A stretch of DNA of 64,000 nucleotides from Bacilli bacterium. Lineage in GTDB: Bacteria > Bacillota_I > Bacilli_A > RF39 > UBA660. Below, in pieces: positions 38,664 to 47,393 of this stretch. Position 1 is the stretch's first letter, and every line of letters starts with the position of its first letter. Where the stretch lies: contig JAGHHZ010000028.1 of assembly GCA_017887425.1 (NCBI GenBank), forward strand, positions 20,304 through 84,303, given 5' to 3'. The notes under the pieces are model-generated. The model worked only from the letters and a program-made list of their open reading frames with translations, ran no database searches and was not told the origin of the DNA. A program made the translations under genes and the position numbers.

Positions 38664-40979
38664 ATGAAAATTATGGCTAAATTAACAATAAAAAATTTAT
38701 TTAAAAATAAAAAGAATTTTGTTTTATGTTTCATAAGTGTTTTACTATCTTGCATTTTATTGTTTTCCGTTGGTTTGGCGGTATCGACAATTAGACAAAA
38801 TCAAATTAATAGTACTATTGATTTATATGGCGATTATCATGCCATTATTTATAATACGACTCTTGATAAAGAAAGTTTGCTAGATAATTCTCATGTTTTA
38901 AAATACTACTACATATTTCAAGTTGATGGTAAATTATATAGTATCAGTGATAATTTTGATTTGGATTTAAAATTAAAAGGAAAACTGCCAACTAATAATA
39001 AAGAGATAATTATTAGTTCAACGACTGCTATCCAAAATGATTTAAAAATAGGAGATAGTTTTGATATTGATGGTAAAAGTTATCAAGTAGTTGGTATTTA
39101 TGAAAAAGAATATTTACAAAATATAAATTTAAAAGATTTAATTTTTACGAAAGAAAAATTAGATAATAACGAAGAAGCTGATAATAGAACTTTATATTTT
39201 ATTTATTTAAATTCTTATAAAGATATTTATGATAATTTAAGAAACATTGCCAATAATTTTCACGAGTTTTATCTTTATATCAATCATTCGTTATTATACT
39301 ATTATGCTGGAAGTGATCCAGCTAGTGTTGGGCCAAGTGATAATTCAACTGCTGTTTATTTCTTACTAACAATGTTTCTATGTTTAATTTTAGCTTTCAT
39401 CATATTTTTCATCATTTACAATGCCTTTTCAATATCAGTTAACGAAAAGAAAAAAAATTATGCCATGTATAAAAGTATTGGGGCTAGCCCTAAGCAAATA
39501 TTATTTTCAATATTTTTAGAAGCTTTAATCATTTTAGCTATTGCTATTCCTTTAGGTTTTTTATTAAGTCTAGGCTTTGTCTATTTAGTATTATCAATAA
39601 TCAATAATATGTTGTCAGGAATTGCCTCACATATTTATACTTTAGAAGTATATCCACTTTTTATAACTGTTTCTTTAATCTTTATTTTAATTAGTACTTT
39701 ATTTGCAACATTCTCAGTTGCAAGAATGGCAAGTTCTATTAATATAATTGAAGAAGTTAGACAAAACAAAAAGTTCAAACATAAAAAAGAAAAAAAGATA
39801 GTTAGAAAATTATTTGGTATTACAGGAGCTATATCAGCTAAAAGTGTAACTAGAGATCGAGCTAAATATCGAATAACTACTATTTCTATTGTTATTGGAA
39901 TAATTTTATTTTTAACCACTTCTTCTTTATTAAGTTTAATGTTATATTCTATTGAACTTTCACCTATTGATAAAACGATATATTTACAAGTACCTCAAGA
40001 AAACTATGATATAATTAATCAAATTGTTGACTTAGATACTGTTGATGATTATGTTTATGTAGATGGTGAATTTTATTTATTTGAAACTGACAATCAGACT
40101 TATAATATTAGTAATAATTTTTTGAGTGTTTATTATATTGATTCACACAGTTATCAAAGTTTAAAAGAATACTTTAATATTACTAATGACTATCCAATGA
40201 TAGTAGGTAATTCGATTAGTTTAGATGGTAATAAATTAAATGCTGAGCCATTTTTCGAAGATGAAATAATCAATTTAAAACTATATGATACAGATAATAG
40301 CTATATAAATGAATATCAAGTTAATGTTATTGATGATTATGGTAATTTAGATAAGTTTAGTAGTAATTTTACTTATAATGCAATTCCAACTTTAATTTTA
40401 GAAATGAAAGATATGAATATGGATAATATTGATTTATATATTGCTAGTGAAGATTATCTAGGATTTGATAAAGATATTCAAGAACTTATTGATGATTATC
40501 CTAATTTAAGTTATACGAACAATCTGGTTTTAATGCATAACGATATTGTTACTATTAATTGTGCTAAATTAGTTATTTATATGGCTTTAGGACTAATCGT
40601 ATTTATAACTGTTATTAGTATTATTGGAACAATAAGTGCGAATTTAAATTTAAGAAGAAGAGAATTTGCTGTTTTAAAAAGTTTAGGGTTATCTAACAAA
40701 CAATTTAATAAAATGATTTTTTATGAAAGTTTGATGTTAAGCTTAAAATCATTATTATTTGGTTTATTGATATTTATTTTAATAGCTGTAATATTTATAA
40801 GAATTACGATGATTAATGAGACAACTTTTGATAGTTTATTAGATACTCCGTTAAATATTTTTATTCCACCTTTATTAATCTGTATTTTAGGAGTAATTAT
40901 TATCAACTATTTATCTTTCTTAATTGCTACTAGAAAAATAAAAAAAGATAATATTGTCGATGTTATAAAAACATATTAA
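38664..40979 (+). CDS. ABC transporter permease, FtsX/MacB/BceB-like with two FtsX modules and large extracytoplasmic domains
   Basis: It opens KLTIKNLFKNKKNFVLCFISVLLSCILLF. The first FtsX module contains YAMYKSIGASPKQI and the second contains FAVLKSLGLSNKQF. It has about 10 TM segments. The start was taken at ATG 38664. Confidence 0.8.
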   Translation: MKIMAKLTIKNLFKNKKNFVLCFISVLLSCILLFSVGLAVSTIRQNQINSTIDLYGDYHAIIYNTTLDKESLLDNSHVLKYYYIFQVDGKLYSISDNFDLDLKLKGKLPTNNKEIIISSTTAIQNDLKIGDSFDIDGKSYQVVGIYEKEYLQNINLKDLIFTKEKLDNNEEADNRTLYFIYLNSYKDIYDNLRNIANNFHEFYLYINHSLLYYYAGSDPASVGPSDNSTAVYFLLTMFLCLILAFIIFFIIYNAFSISVNEKKKNYAMYKSIGASPKQILFSIFLEALIILAIAIPLGFLLSLGFVYLVLSIINNMLSGIASHIYTLEVYPLFITVSLIFILISTLFATFSVARMASSINIIEEVRQNKKFKHKKEKKIVRKLFGITGAISAKSVTRDRAKYRITTISIVIGIILFLTTSSLLSLMLYSIELSPIDKTIYLQVPQENYDIINQIVDLDTVDDYVYVDGEFYLFETDNQTYNISNNFLSVYYIDSHSYQSLKEYFNITNDYPMIVGNSISLDGNKLNAEPFFEDEIINLKLYDTDNSYINEYQVNVIDDYGNLDKFSSNFTYNAIPTLILEMKDMNMDNIDLYIASEDYLGFDKDIQELIDDYPNLSYTNNLVLMHNDIVTINCAKLVIYMALGLIVFITVISIIGTISANLNLRRREFAVLKSLGLSNKQFNKMIFYESLMLSLKSLLFGLLIFILIAVIFIRITMINETTFDSLLDTPLNIFIPPLLICILGVIIINYLSFLIATRKIKKDNIVDVIKTY

Positions 40980-41003
40980 AAAAGAGTTTAACGACTCTTT
41001 TTT
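40976..41003. terminator. Bidirectional terminator between the permease and the convergent mraZ-like gene
   Basis: AAAAAGAGT-ttaacg-ACTCTTTTTT. The hairpin contains the stop of the minus-strand gene. Confidence 0.65.
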
Positions 41004-41383
41004 AGTGTAGTAATATATTCATTATAATCTTCTTCTGAAGAAAATATTTGAACACTATCATAGTTACCATGAATAAACACTTTTCGATCGATGGCAAATT
41101 TCTCATCAGGATTAAAATGAATCCTTCTTTGTTTATCGACTTTAACTAAGGCGACAATTGAACTAGTTAATAAAGCAATTTTGTCTTCTTTACTATCTTT
41201 TTTTAAAAGTTTAATTTCTGATTCAACTTTTGAACAGTTAACGATAACATAAAAATTACCATTTCCTCTTTGAATAACTAATTGGTCATTTTCTTCAGCA
41301 TCAGTAAACTTTGGAAGAAAAATTCTTCCTTTACTATCAATTTTATTTTCGCTATTTCCAAAAATTGGAATACTTCCAAACAT
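40988..41383 (-). CDS. Divergent MraZ-family (double SpoVT/AbrB-like) protein, second copy
   Basis: 131 aa. NKIDSKGRIFLPKF aligns with the mraZ segment HTIDDKGRIIIPAKL. VKVDKQRRIHFN aligns with CEFDKQGRLNIS. VFIHGNYDSVQIFSSEEDY aligns with CIIIGVNDRLEIWSKDRW. The SD AAGGGGGAA lies upstream. Confidence 0.7.
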   Translation of the reverse strand: MFGSIPIFGNSENKIDSKGRIFLPKFTDAEENDQLVIQRGNGNFYVIVNCSKVESEIKLLKKDSKEDKIALLTSSIVALVKVDKQRRIHFNPDEKFAIDRKVFIHGNYDSVQIFSSEEDYNEYITTLKKSR

Positions 41384-41408
41384 TTTAATTCCCCCTTAAT
41401 TCGCCAAT

Positions 41409-41437
41409 ATTATATTTTAAATTGGATTATTTGTCAA
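41409..41437 (-). promoter_or_regulatory. Consensus sigma-A promoter driving the mraZ-like gene
   Basis: On the minus strand: TTGACA (41437-41432), exactly 17 nt, then TATAAT (41414-41409), about 25 nt upstream of the ATG. Confidence 0.65.
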
Positions 41438-41477
41438 ATTAATGTTACATTTAATTATTTAAAAAAACATATAATTA

Positions 41478-41486
41478 TGGTATAAT
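41478..41486 (+). promoter_or_regulatory. Extended -10 element (TGgTATAAT) upstream of murG
   Basis: TGGTATAAT at 41478-41486, 20 nt before the murG ATG. There is no good -35. Confidence 0.4.
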
Positions 41487-41506
41487 CAATAATAAGGATG
41501 TGGATT

Positions 41507-42589
41507 ATGAGAGTTATAATAAGTGCTGGTGGAACAGGGGGGCATATTTATCCCGCTTTAGCTATTATTAATAAAATAAAACAAAAAGAACCTAATAGTG
41601 AGTTTTTATATATTGGAACTCACGATAGAATGGAAAAAGATATTGTTCCAAAATATGGCATACCATTTAAACAAATTGAAATATATGGCTTTAATCGAAA
41701 AAAAATTCTTAAAAATTTTAAAACGATTAAATGTTTAATGAAAGCCAATAAAACTTGTCAAAAAATAATTAAGGATTTCAACCCTGATATAGTTATTGGA
41801 GTAGGGGGGTATGTAACTGTTCCAGTAATAAAATCAGCCAAAAAACTAGGATACAAAACATTTATTCACGAACAGAATTCAGTTCCTGGTAAAGCTAATA
41901 CTTATTTAAGTAATTATGTCGATATGATTGGTATTTCATTCCCAACAAGTAAACAATATTTTCCTAAAGAAAAAGTCATTCTAACTGGAAATCCTTGCAG
42001 TGAGGATGCTTTAAATGTTGTAGCTTGTGATAAAAAGGAATTTAATTTAGATAATAATAAACCATTAGTTTTATTTGTTATGGGATCTTTAGGAGCTAGT
42101 AAAGTAAATGACTTTTTAACTAAAACAATGTCTTTGTTTAACAATAAAGAATATGAAATTTTATATGTAACTGGTAAAGGTGATTATGATAAAATAAAGC
42201 AAAATAAATTTCCTAAAAATGTCAAAGTAGTTCCTTATGTCGACAAGATAACGAGAGTTATGAAAAAAACCGATATTATGGTAACTAGAGCGGGAGCTAG
42301 TACTTTAAGTGAAATAATAGCTTTGCAAATTCCTAGTATTATTATACCAAGTCCTTATGTTCCAAATAACCATCAATATAAAAATGCTTTAGATTTAGTC
42401 GAACAAGATGCTGCTTTGATGGTTGAAGAAAAAGATTTAAAAGGGGATATTATCGTAAGAACTATCGATAATCTAATTAAAGATAAGGTAAAAATACAAA
42501 ATATGAAGCAAAACTTAGCTAAATTACAAGTTAAAGATAGTGCAACAATAATTTATGATAATATAAGAAAGTTAATAGATAGGAAGTAA
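41507..42589 (+). CDS. murG: UDP-N-acetylglucosamine--N-acetylmuramyl-(pentapeptide) pyrophosphoryl-undecaprenol GlcNAc transferase
   Basis: It opens MRVIISAGGTGGHIYPALA and contains GVGGYV, HEQN and RAGASTLSE. Confidence 0.95.
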   Translation: MRVIISAGGTGGHIYPALAIINKIKQKEPNSEFLYIGTHDRMEKDIVPKYGIPFKQIEIYGFNRKKILKNFKTIKCLMKANKTCQKIIKDFNPDIVIGVGGYVTVPVIKSAKKLGYKTFIHEQNSVPGKANTYLSNYVDMIGISFPTSKQYFPKEKVILTGNPCSEDALNVVACDKKEFNLDNNKPLVLFVMGSLGASKVNDFLTKTMSLFNNKEYEILYVTGKGDYDKIKQNKFPKNVKVVPYVDKITRVMKKTDIMVTRAGASTLSEIIALQIPSIIIPSPYVPNNHQYKNALDLVEQDAALMVEEKDLKGDIIVRTIDNLIKDKVKIQNMKQNLAKLQVKDSATIIYDNIRKLIDRK

Positions 42590-42593
42590 AACA

Positions 42594-43484
42594 ATGATTG
42601 AAAATTTAAAAAAGTTAAAAGTAGGAAAAGTTGTTAGTAACCCTAAAATGAGTGATTATACAACTTATAAAGTAGGAGGCAATGCTTTAGCTATTGTATA
42701 TCCAACTGATGTAAATAATTTAGTTGAATTATTAAAATATCTTAAAAAAAATAATATAAAGCACAAAATATTAGGTAATGGCTCTAATTTGATTTTTAGT
42801 GACGAATTATATGATGGCGTGTTAATCAAATTAGAAGAATTTAATAAATTAGATATTGAAGATACTATTGTTACTGTTGGAGCTGGATACAATTTAGTTA
42901 AATTGAGTATGAAAACAGCTAGACTAGGATTATCGGGATTAGAGTTTGCAGCTGGTATTCCAGGGACTGTCGGTGGCGCTGTTTTTATGAATGCTGGAGC
43001 TTATAAATCGGATATGGGTTATATTGTTAGTGAAGTTAAAGTTCTAACTCCTGATTATCAAATTATAACTTTATATAATAAAGATTTAGATTTCCACTAC
43101 CGTACTAGTTTTTTACAAAAACATCCCGATTATATATGCTTAGAAGCTAAATTAGTTTTAAAACAAGGCGATACTGAAGCAATTATGGAAGTTATTGCCG
43201 AAAGAAAACAAAGAAGATTACTTACACAACCTTTAGAATATCCATCAGCCGGTAGTGTTTTTAGAAATCCGGAAAATGATTTTGCTGGAAGGTTGATTGA
43301 AGAATTAGGATATAAAGGCAAAAATATTGGTGGTGCTTATGTTAGCGAGAAACATGCTAATTTCATCATCAATAAAAATAATGCAACAGCTACTGATGTT
43401 AGATCTTTAATTAAAGAAATAAAGGAAAAGGTAAAAGAAAAATATAATATTGATTTAATAGTTGAACAAGAATTTGTAGATTAG
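42594..43484 (+). CDS. murB: UDP-N-acetylenolpyruvoylglucosamine reductase
   Basis: YTTYKVGG, LGNGSNLIF, GIPGTVGGAVFMNAGAY, AGSVFRNP and HANFIIN. Confidence 0.95.
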   Translation: MIENLKKLKVGKVVSNPKMSDYTTYKVGGNALAIVYPTDVNNLVELLKYLKKNNIKHKILGNGSNLIFSDELYDGVLIKLEEFNKLDIEDTIVTVGAGYNLVKLSMKTARLGLSGLEFAAGIPGTVGGAVFMNAGAYKSDMGYIVSEVKVLTPDYQIITLYNKDLDFHYRTSFLQKHPDYICLEAKLVLKQGDTEAIMEVIAERKQRRLLTQPLEYPSAGSVFRNPENDFAGRLIEELGYKGKNIGGAYVSEKHANFIINKNNATATDVRSLIKEIKEKVKEKYNIDLIVEQEFVD

Positions 43485-43492
43485 AGGTAAAT

Positions 43493-44227
43493 ATGAAAGG
43501 TAAAAAAAACAAAAAAAAAATAACAACAAAAAAAAACAATAAAAAAGTAATACCACAAAAAAAGAATTCTAAGAAAAGAAAAATAAGATATGACCGCATC
43601 TTAATTGCTTTGGTTATTGTTTTAATCATAGCTGGTTTTTTGGCCTTTTTATTTAGTTTAAAAATAACTAATATTGTAATTAAAAATAATAGTTATTTAA
43701 CTGATCAAGAAATTATCGAATTAGCTGGTATTAGTGATTATCCAGAAAGTTTAGCTAATTCGAGTACTCAAATCGAGCAACGTTTAAAAACTAATGATTT
43801 AATTAAAGACGTTAAAGTAACTAAAAAATTTTTGACGCAAGTTTATATTGAAGTAGAAGAAAATAGACCTTTATTTTATTACAATCATAATAATAAAACG
43901 GTTCTTTTAGATGGAACAAATATCGATGAGAAATATCCTGTTCCAACTGTATTAAATTATATAACTGATACTTATTATGATGAATTTATTAAAGAAATGG
44001 GTAATTTAGATTCTTCGATTTTAAATAAAATTTCCGAGATTCAATTTGATCCTAATGATGTTGATGACAATCGCTTTTTATTAACAATGAGCGATGGTAA
44101 TTATGTATATGTCAATATCAGTACGTTTTATAAATTAAATAAATATGTTTCGATTAGAGAAAGTTTACCAGATAAAAACGGTATTTTGTATTTAGATTAC
44201 GGTAATAATTTTGAAATAATTGAATAA
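43493..44227 (+). CDS. divIB: Cell division protein DivIB/FtsQ
   Basis: It has a K-rich N-terminus, one TM segment, a POTRA-like segment (ITNIVIKNNSYLTDQEIIELAGI), and sits between murB and ftsA. Confidence 0.85.
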   Translation: MKGKKNKKKITTKKNNKKVIPQKKNSKKRKIRYDRILIALVIVLIIAGFLAFLFSLKITNIVIKNNSYLTDQEIIELAGISDYPESLANSSTQIEQRLKTNDLIKDVKVTKKFLTQVYIEVEENRPLFYYNHNNKTVLLDGTNIDEKYPVPTVLNYITDTYYDEFIKEMGNLDSSILNKISEIQFDPNDVDDNRFLLTMSDGNYVYVNISTFYKLNKYVSIRESLPDKNGILYLDYGNNFEIIE

Positions 44228-44286
44228 TTATCTTTTCTTTTGAAAGAAAATATTGTATAATATTACATAGATAGTAGGTGAGTTAA

Positions 44287-45519
44287 TTGCGACATATATA
44301 CACTTGTATTGATATTGGTTCTAATAGTATTAAAATTGTCGTTTGTGAATTATATCGTGGTCGATATAATCTTTTAGCGACTTCTACTGTCAAATCAAAA
44401 GGAATTAAAAAGGGATTAATTGCCGATGTTGTCGAAGCTAAAAATTGTATCAAAAAAGCGTTTGCGGAAGTAGAGACAATGCTAGGGTTTAAAATCAAAA
44501 AAGTTATTGCTATAATTCCTAGTTATTTTTCCGAGTTTAATATTATTAAAGGAGAAATACCAATTACTAGTGAAGAAAGAATTGTAACTGGCGATGATGT
44601 TGTTAAAGTATTTCAATCTGCTATGAAAGGACAACTCGATATAACTAAAGAAATGGTTACAATTATTCCAGTTGATTTTACTTTGGATAATGAAACTACT
44701 AAAGATCCACTTCATAAAAAAAGTACAACTTTACAAACTAGAGCAGTTTTAGCGACAACACCTAAGAAGAATATATATTCAGTCGTTAATTTGTTAAATA
44801 GCCTCGGTGTTGAAGTTGTTGATATTTCTTTAGGATGCATTGGTGATATTAATACATTTAGAGACGAAAATGTTGATAGATGTATTAGTGCTGTAATTAA
44901 TATCGGTGCTGAAAAAACAGAAGTTTCTTTATATAATAAAGGCATTATCGTTAAACATAGTATAGTTAATATGGGAAGCAAAAATGTCGATAATGATATT
45001 TCTTATATGTACAATGTTAATTTAGAAGTTGCTGCTGATTTAAAAGAGCACTTTGCCCAAGCTACAAGAACTAGTGCTTCATTAAACGAACTTAAAGATG
45101 TAAAAAATAAAGAAGGACAAGTTATTCAAGTTAATCAATATGAATTAAGTGAAGTTGTTATTTCAAGATTAGATGAGATATTATCTTTAGCTAACCAGGA
45201 GTTAAATAAGTTAACTTCTCATAAACCAGAAGTAATTTATGTTACTGGTGGAATAACAAATATGATGAACTTTAGTCAAATTTGTAGAGAAAAATTAGGA
45301 AATTGTGCTATAATAGGTAGTGTGAACTTAATCGGCTTAAGAAACAATAAGTTTTCTTCAGCCATAGGTAATATAATATATTTTATAAATAAACTTAAAC
45401 TAAAAGGAAAAGATTATTCAATGGTAAGTAGTGATGAAGTGGAAATTTTATCAACACCTAGAAAGAATACGAATGATTCAATGTTAGGTAAAGTATTTGG
45501 ATATTTCTTTGGCGAATAA
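44287..45519 (+). CDS. ftsA: Cell division protein FtsA
   Basis: TTG start. It has the actin-fold phosphate-1 motif CIDIGSNSIKIVVCE, VINIGAEKTEVS and YVTGGITNM. It lies upstream of ftsZ. Confidence 0.93.
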   Translation: MRHIYTCIDIGSNSIKIVVCELYRGRYNLLATSTVKSKGIKKGLIADVVEAKNCIKKAFAEVETMLGFKIKKVIAIIPSYFSEFNIIKGEIPITSEERIVTGDDVVKVFQSAMKGQLDITKEMVTIIPVDFTLDNETTKDPLHKKSTTLQTRAVLATTPKKNIYSVVNLLNSLGVEVVDISLGCIGDINTFRDENVDRCISAVINIGAEKTEVSLYNKGIIVKHSIVNMGSKNVDNDISYMYNVNLEVAADLKEHFAQATRTSASLNELKDVKNKEGQVIQVNQYELSEVVISRLDEILSLANQELNKLTSHKPEVIYVTGGITNMMNFSQICREKLGNCAIIGSVNLIGLRNNKFSSAIGNIIYFINKLKLKGKDYSMVSSDEVEILSTPRKNTNDSMLGKVFGYFFGE

Positions 45520-45531
45520 GGGAGGATATAC

Positions 45532-46581
45532 ATGTTTGGATTAGAAATGGATCAATTAGCTAATATTAAAGTAATCGGAGTCGGTGGTGGCGGTAATAAC
45601 GCAGTTAATCGAATGATTGAATCTGGTGTTCAAGGCGTTGACTTTATCGTTGCCAATACCGATTTACAAGTTTTAAATAAATCAAAAGCTCCAGTTAAAA
45701 TTCAAATAGGAACGGATTTGACTAATGGACTTGGTGCTGGTGCTAACCCACAAATAGGTAAAGAAGCCGCTTTAGAAAGTAAAAATGAAATTGAAGAAGC
45801 TTTAAAAGGGGCTGATATGGTTTTTGTCACTTGTGGTATGGGTGGAGGTACTGGAACAGGTGCAGCTCCAGTTATTGCTGATATTGCTCAGAGTTTAGGT
45901 GCTCTAACTGTTGGTATTGTAACTAAACCATTTAGTTTTGAAGGAAGAAAAAGAATGCAACAAGCCGTTGCTGGACTAGAAGAATTAAAAAAACATGTTG
46001 ATACTTTAATTGTTATACCTAATGACCGTTTAAGAGAAATAATCGATAAAACCACACCATTATTAGATTCATTTAAAGAAGTTGATAATGTATTAAGACG
46101 TGGTGTTCAATCAATCAGTGACTTAATTGCTGTAGCTGGTCTTATTAACTTAGACTTTGCCGATGTTAAAACAGTTATGGAAAAACGTGGCAACGCTTTA
46201 ATCGGTATTGGTATGGGTGTTGGAGAAGATCGTGCTAAAGAAGCCGCATTACAAGCTGTATCTAGTCCATTACTAGAAACAGGTATTAGTGGAGCTACAG
46301 ATGCTATTATCAATGTTACAGGTGGAGCTAATTTAACTTTATTTGAAGTTGAAGAAGCTGCTGAAGCAATTAGACAAAGTGCTAATACGGATATCAATAC
46401 TATCTTTGGAGCAGTTATCAACGAGAATTTAAATGATGAATTAATTGTTACAGTTATAGCTACTGGTTTTGAAGATGAAAAACCAGCAACACATACATAT
46501 GCTAATACAACATATACTCCTTCTTCTGATGATAGCGACGATACTGATGTTCCATCATTTTTAAGAAATAGAGGATTTTAA
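45532..46581 (+). CDS. ftsZ: Cell division GTPase FtsZ
   Basis: [13 protein letters not shown], the tubulin signature [20 protein letters not shown], and the C-terminal DVPSFLR peptide. Confidence 0.98.
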   Translation: MFGLEMDQLANIKVIGVGGGGNNAVNRMIESGVQGVDFIVANTDLQVLNKSKAPVKIQIGTDLTNGLGAGANPQIGKEAALESKNEIEEALKGADMVFVTCGMGGGTGTGAAPVIADIAQSLGALTVGIVTKPFSFEGRKRMQQAVAGLEELKKHVDTLIVIPNDRLREIIDKTTPLLDSFKEVDNVLRRGVQSISDLIAVAGLINLDFADVKTVMEKRGNALIGIGMGVGEDRAKEAALQAVSSPLLETGISGATDAIINVTGGANLTLFEVEEAAEAIRQSANTDINTIFGAVINENLNDELIVTVIATGFEDEKPATHTYANTTYTPSSDDSDDTDVPSFLRNRGF

Positions 46582-46727
46582 AATATACTGTAAATAAATC
46601 GTAAAAAATTTAAATTACGATAACAATAGATTAAAAAATGAAAGAAATTTCATTTTTTTTTAGTTTTTTTTAAAAATAAAAAGGAAATTGTCAACTTTTG
46701 TCCTATATAACTTATAGGAGGCGATTT

Positions 46728-47393
46728 ATGTTTTATTTAAAAAAATATCGATATATAATTTTAAGTGGTTTACTAATTATTGTTTTTTTGTTTTTTAATA
46801 AAAATAGTGATGAGATAGAACTAACATCAGATTTATCTTTAGAAATTAAAGAAGAAGTCACCGAAGAAATTCCTAAAGAAGAAAAAATAAAAGTTGATAT
46901 TAAAGGTGCCGTTAAAAATCCCGGAGTTTATGAAATTAATAGTAATGGGCGAGTCGCTGATGCAATAGAAATAAGTGGTGGTTTAACTAATGATGCTGAT
47001 ACAAGCACTATTAATTTAAGTAAAAATTTAACTGATGAAATGGTTATAATTATTTATACTAAAGAAGAAGTTGCAGAAATGTTAAAAGGTAGTACAAGTA
47101 TTAAATATATTGAAAAAGAGTGTATTTGTCCCAAAATAGAAAATGATGCTTGTATCGATAATGTTATTGATAATAAACCAGATACTAATACTTCTAATGA
47201 ACAAAAAGTATCTTTAAATAGTGCTACTATCGATGAATTAATGCAATTACCAGGTATTGGTGAAGTAAAAGCAAAAGCAATAATCGCTTACCGAGAAGAA
47301 AATGGGGGTTTTAAAACCATCGAAGAATTGTTAGAGGTAAACGGAATTGGCGAATCTACTTTTAATAAAATTAAAGACCAACTTAGTTTATAA
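46728..47393 (+). CDS. comEA: Competence protein ComEA (DNA receptor; SLBB + tandem helix-hairpin-helix)
   Basis: A TM anchor, then VDIKGAVKNPGVYEI and LNSATIDELMQLPGIGEVKAKAIIAYREENGGFKTIEELLEVNGIGESTFNKIK. The start was taken at ATG 46728 after the SD AGGAGG. Confidence 0.9.
   Translation: MFYLKKYRYIILSGLLIIVFLFFNKNSDEIELTSDLSLEIKEEVTEEIPKEEKIKVDIKGAVKNPGVYEINSNGRVADAIEISGGLTNDADTSTINLSKNLTDEMVIIIYTKEEVAEMLKGSTSIKYIEKECICPKIENDACIDNVIDNKPDTNTSNEQKVSLNSATIDELMQLPGIGEVKAKAIIAYREENGGFKTIEELLEVNGIGESTFNKIKDQLSL

Noticed and set aside
40988-41383. Reading the second MraZ-like protein as an AbrB/MazE-type antitoxin of a toxin-antitoxin pair
   Set aside because: No toxin-sized ORF is adjacent on either side. 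The neighbours are a convergent permease and divergent murG. The protein also has the duplicated MraZ architecture rather than a single swapped-hairpin domain.
47347-47393. The comEA/comEC overlap considered as a frameshift-fused gene
   Set aside because: comEA ends with a normal stop after its second HhH motif. The comEC N-terminus is simply poorly defined and is likely a TTG start near 47396. There is no slippery sequence.
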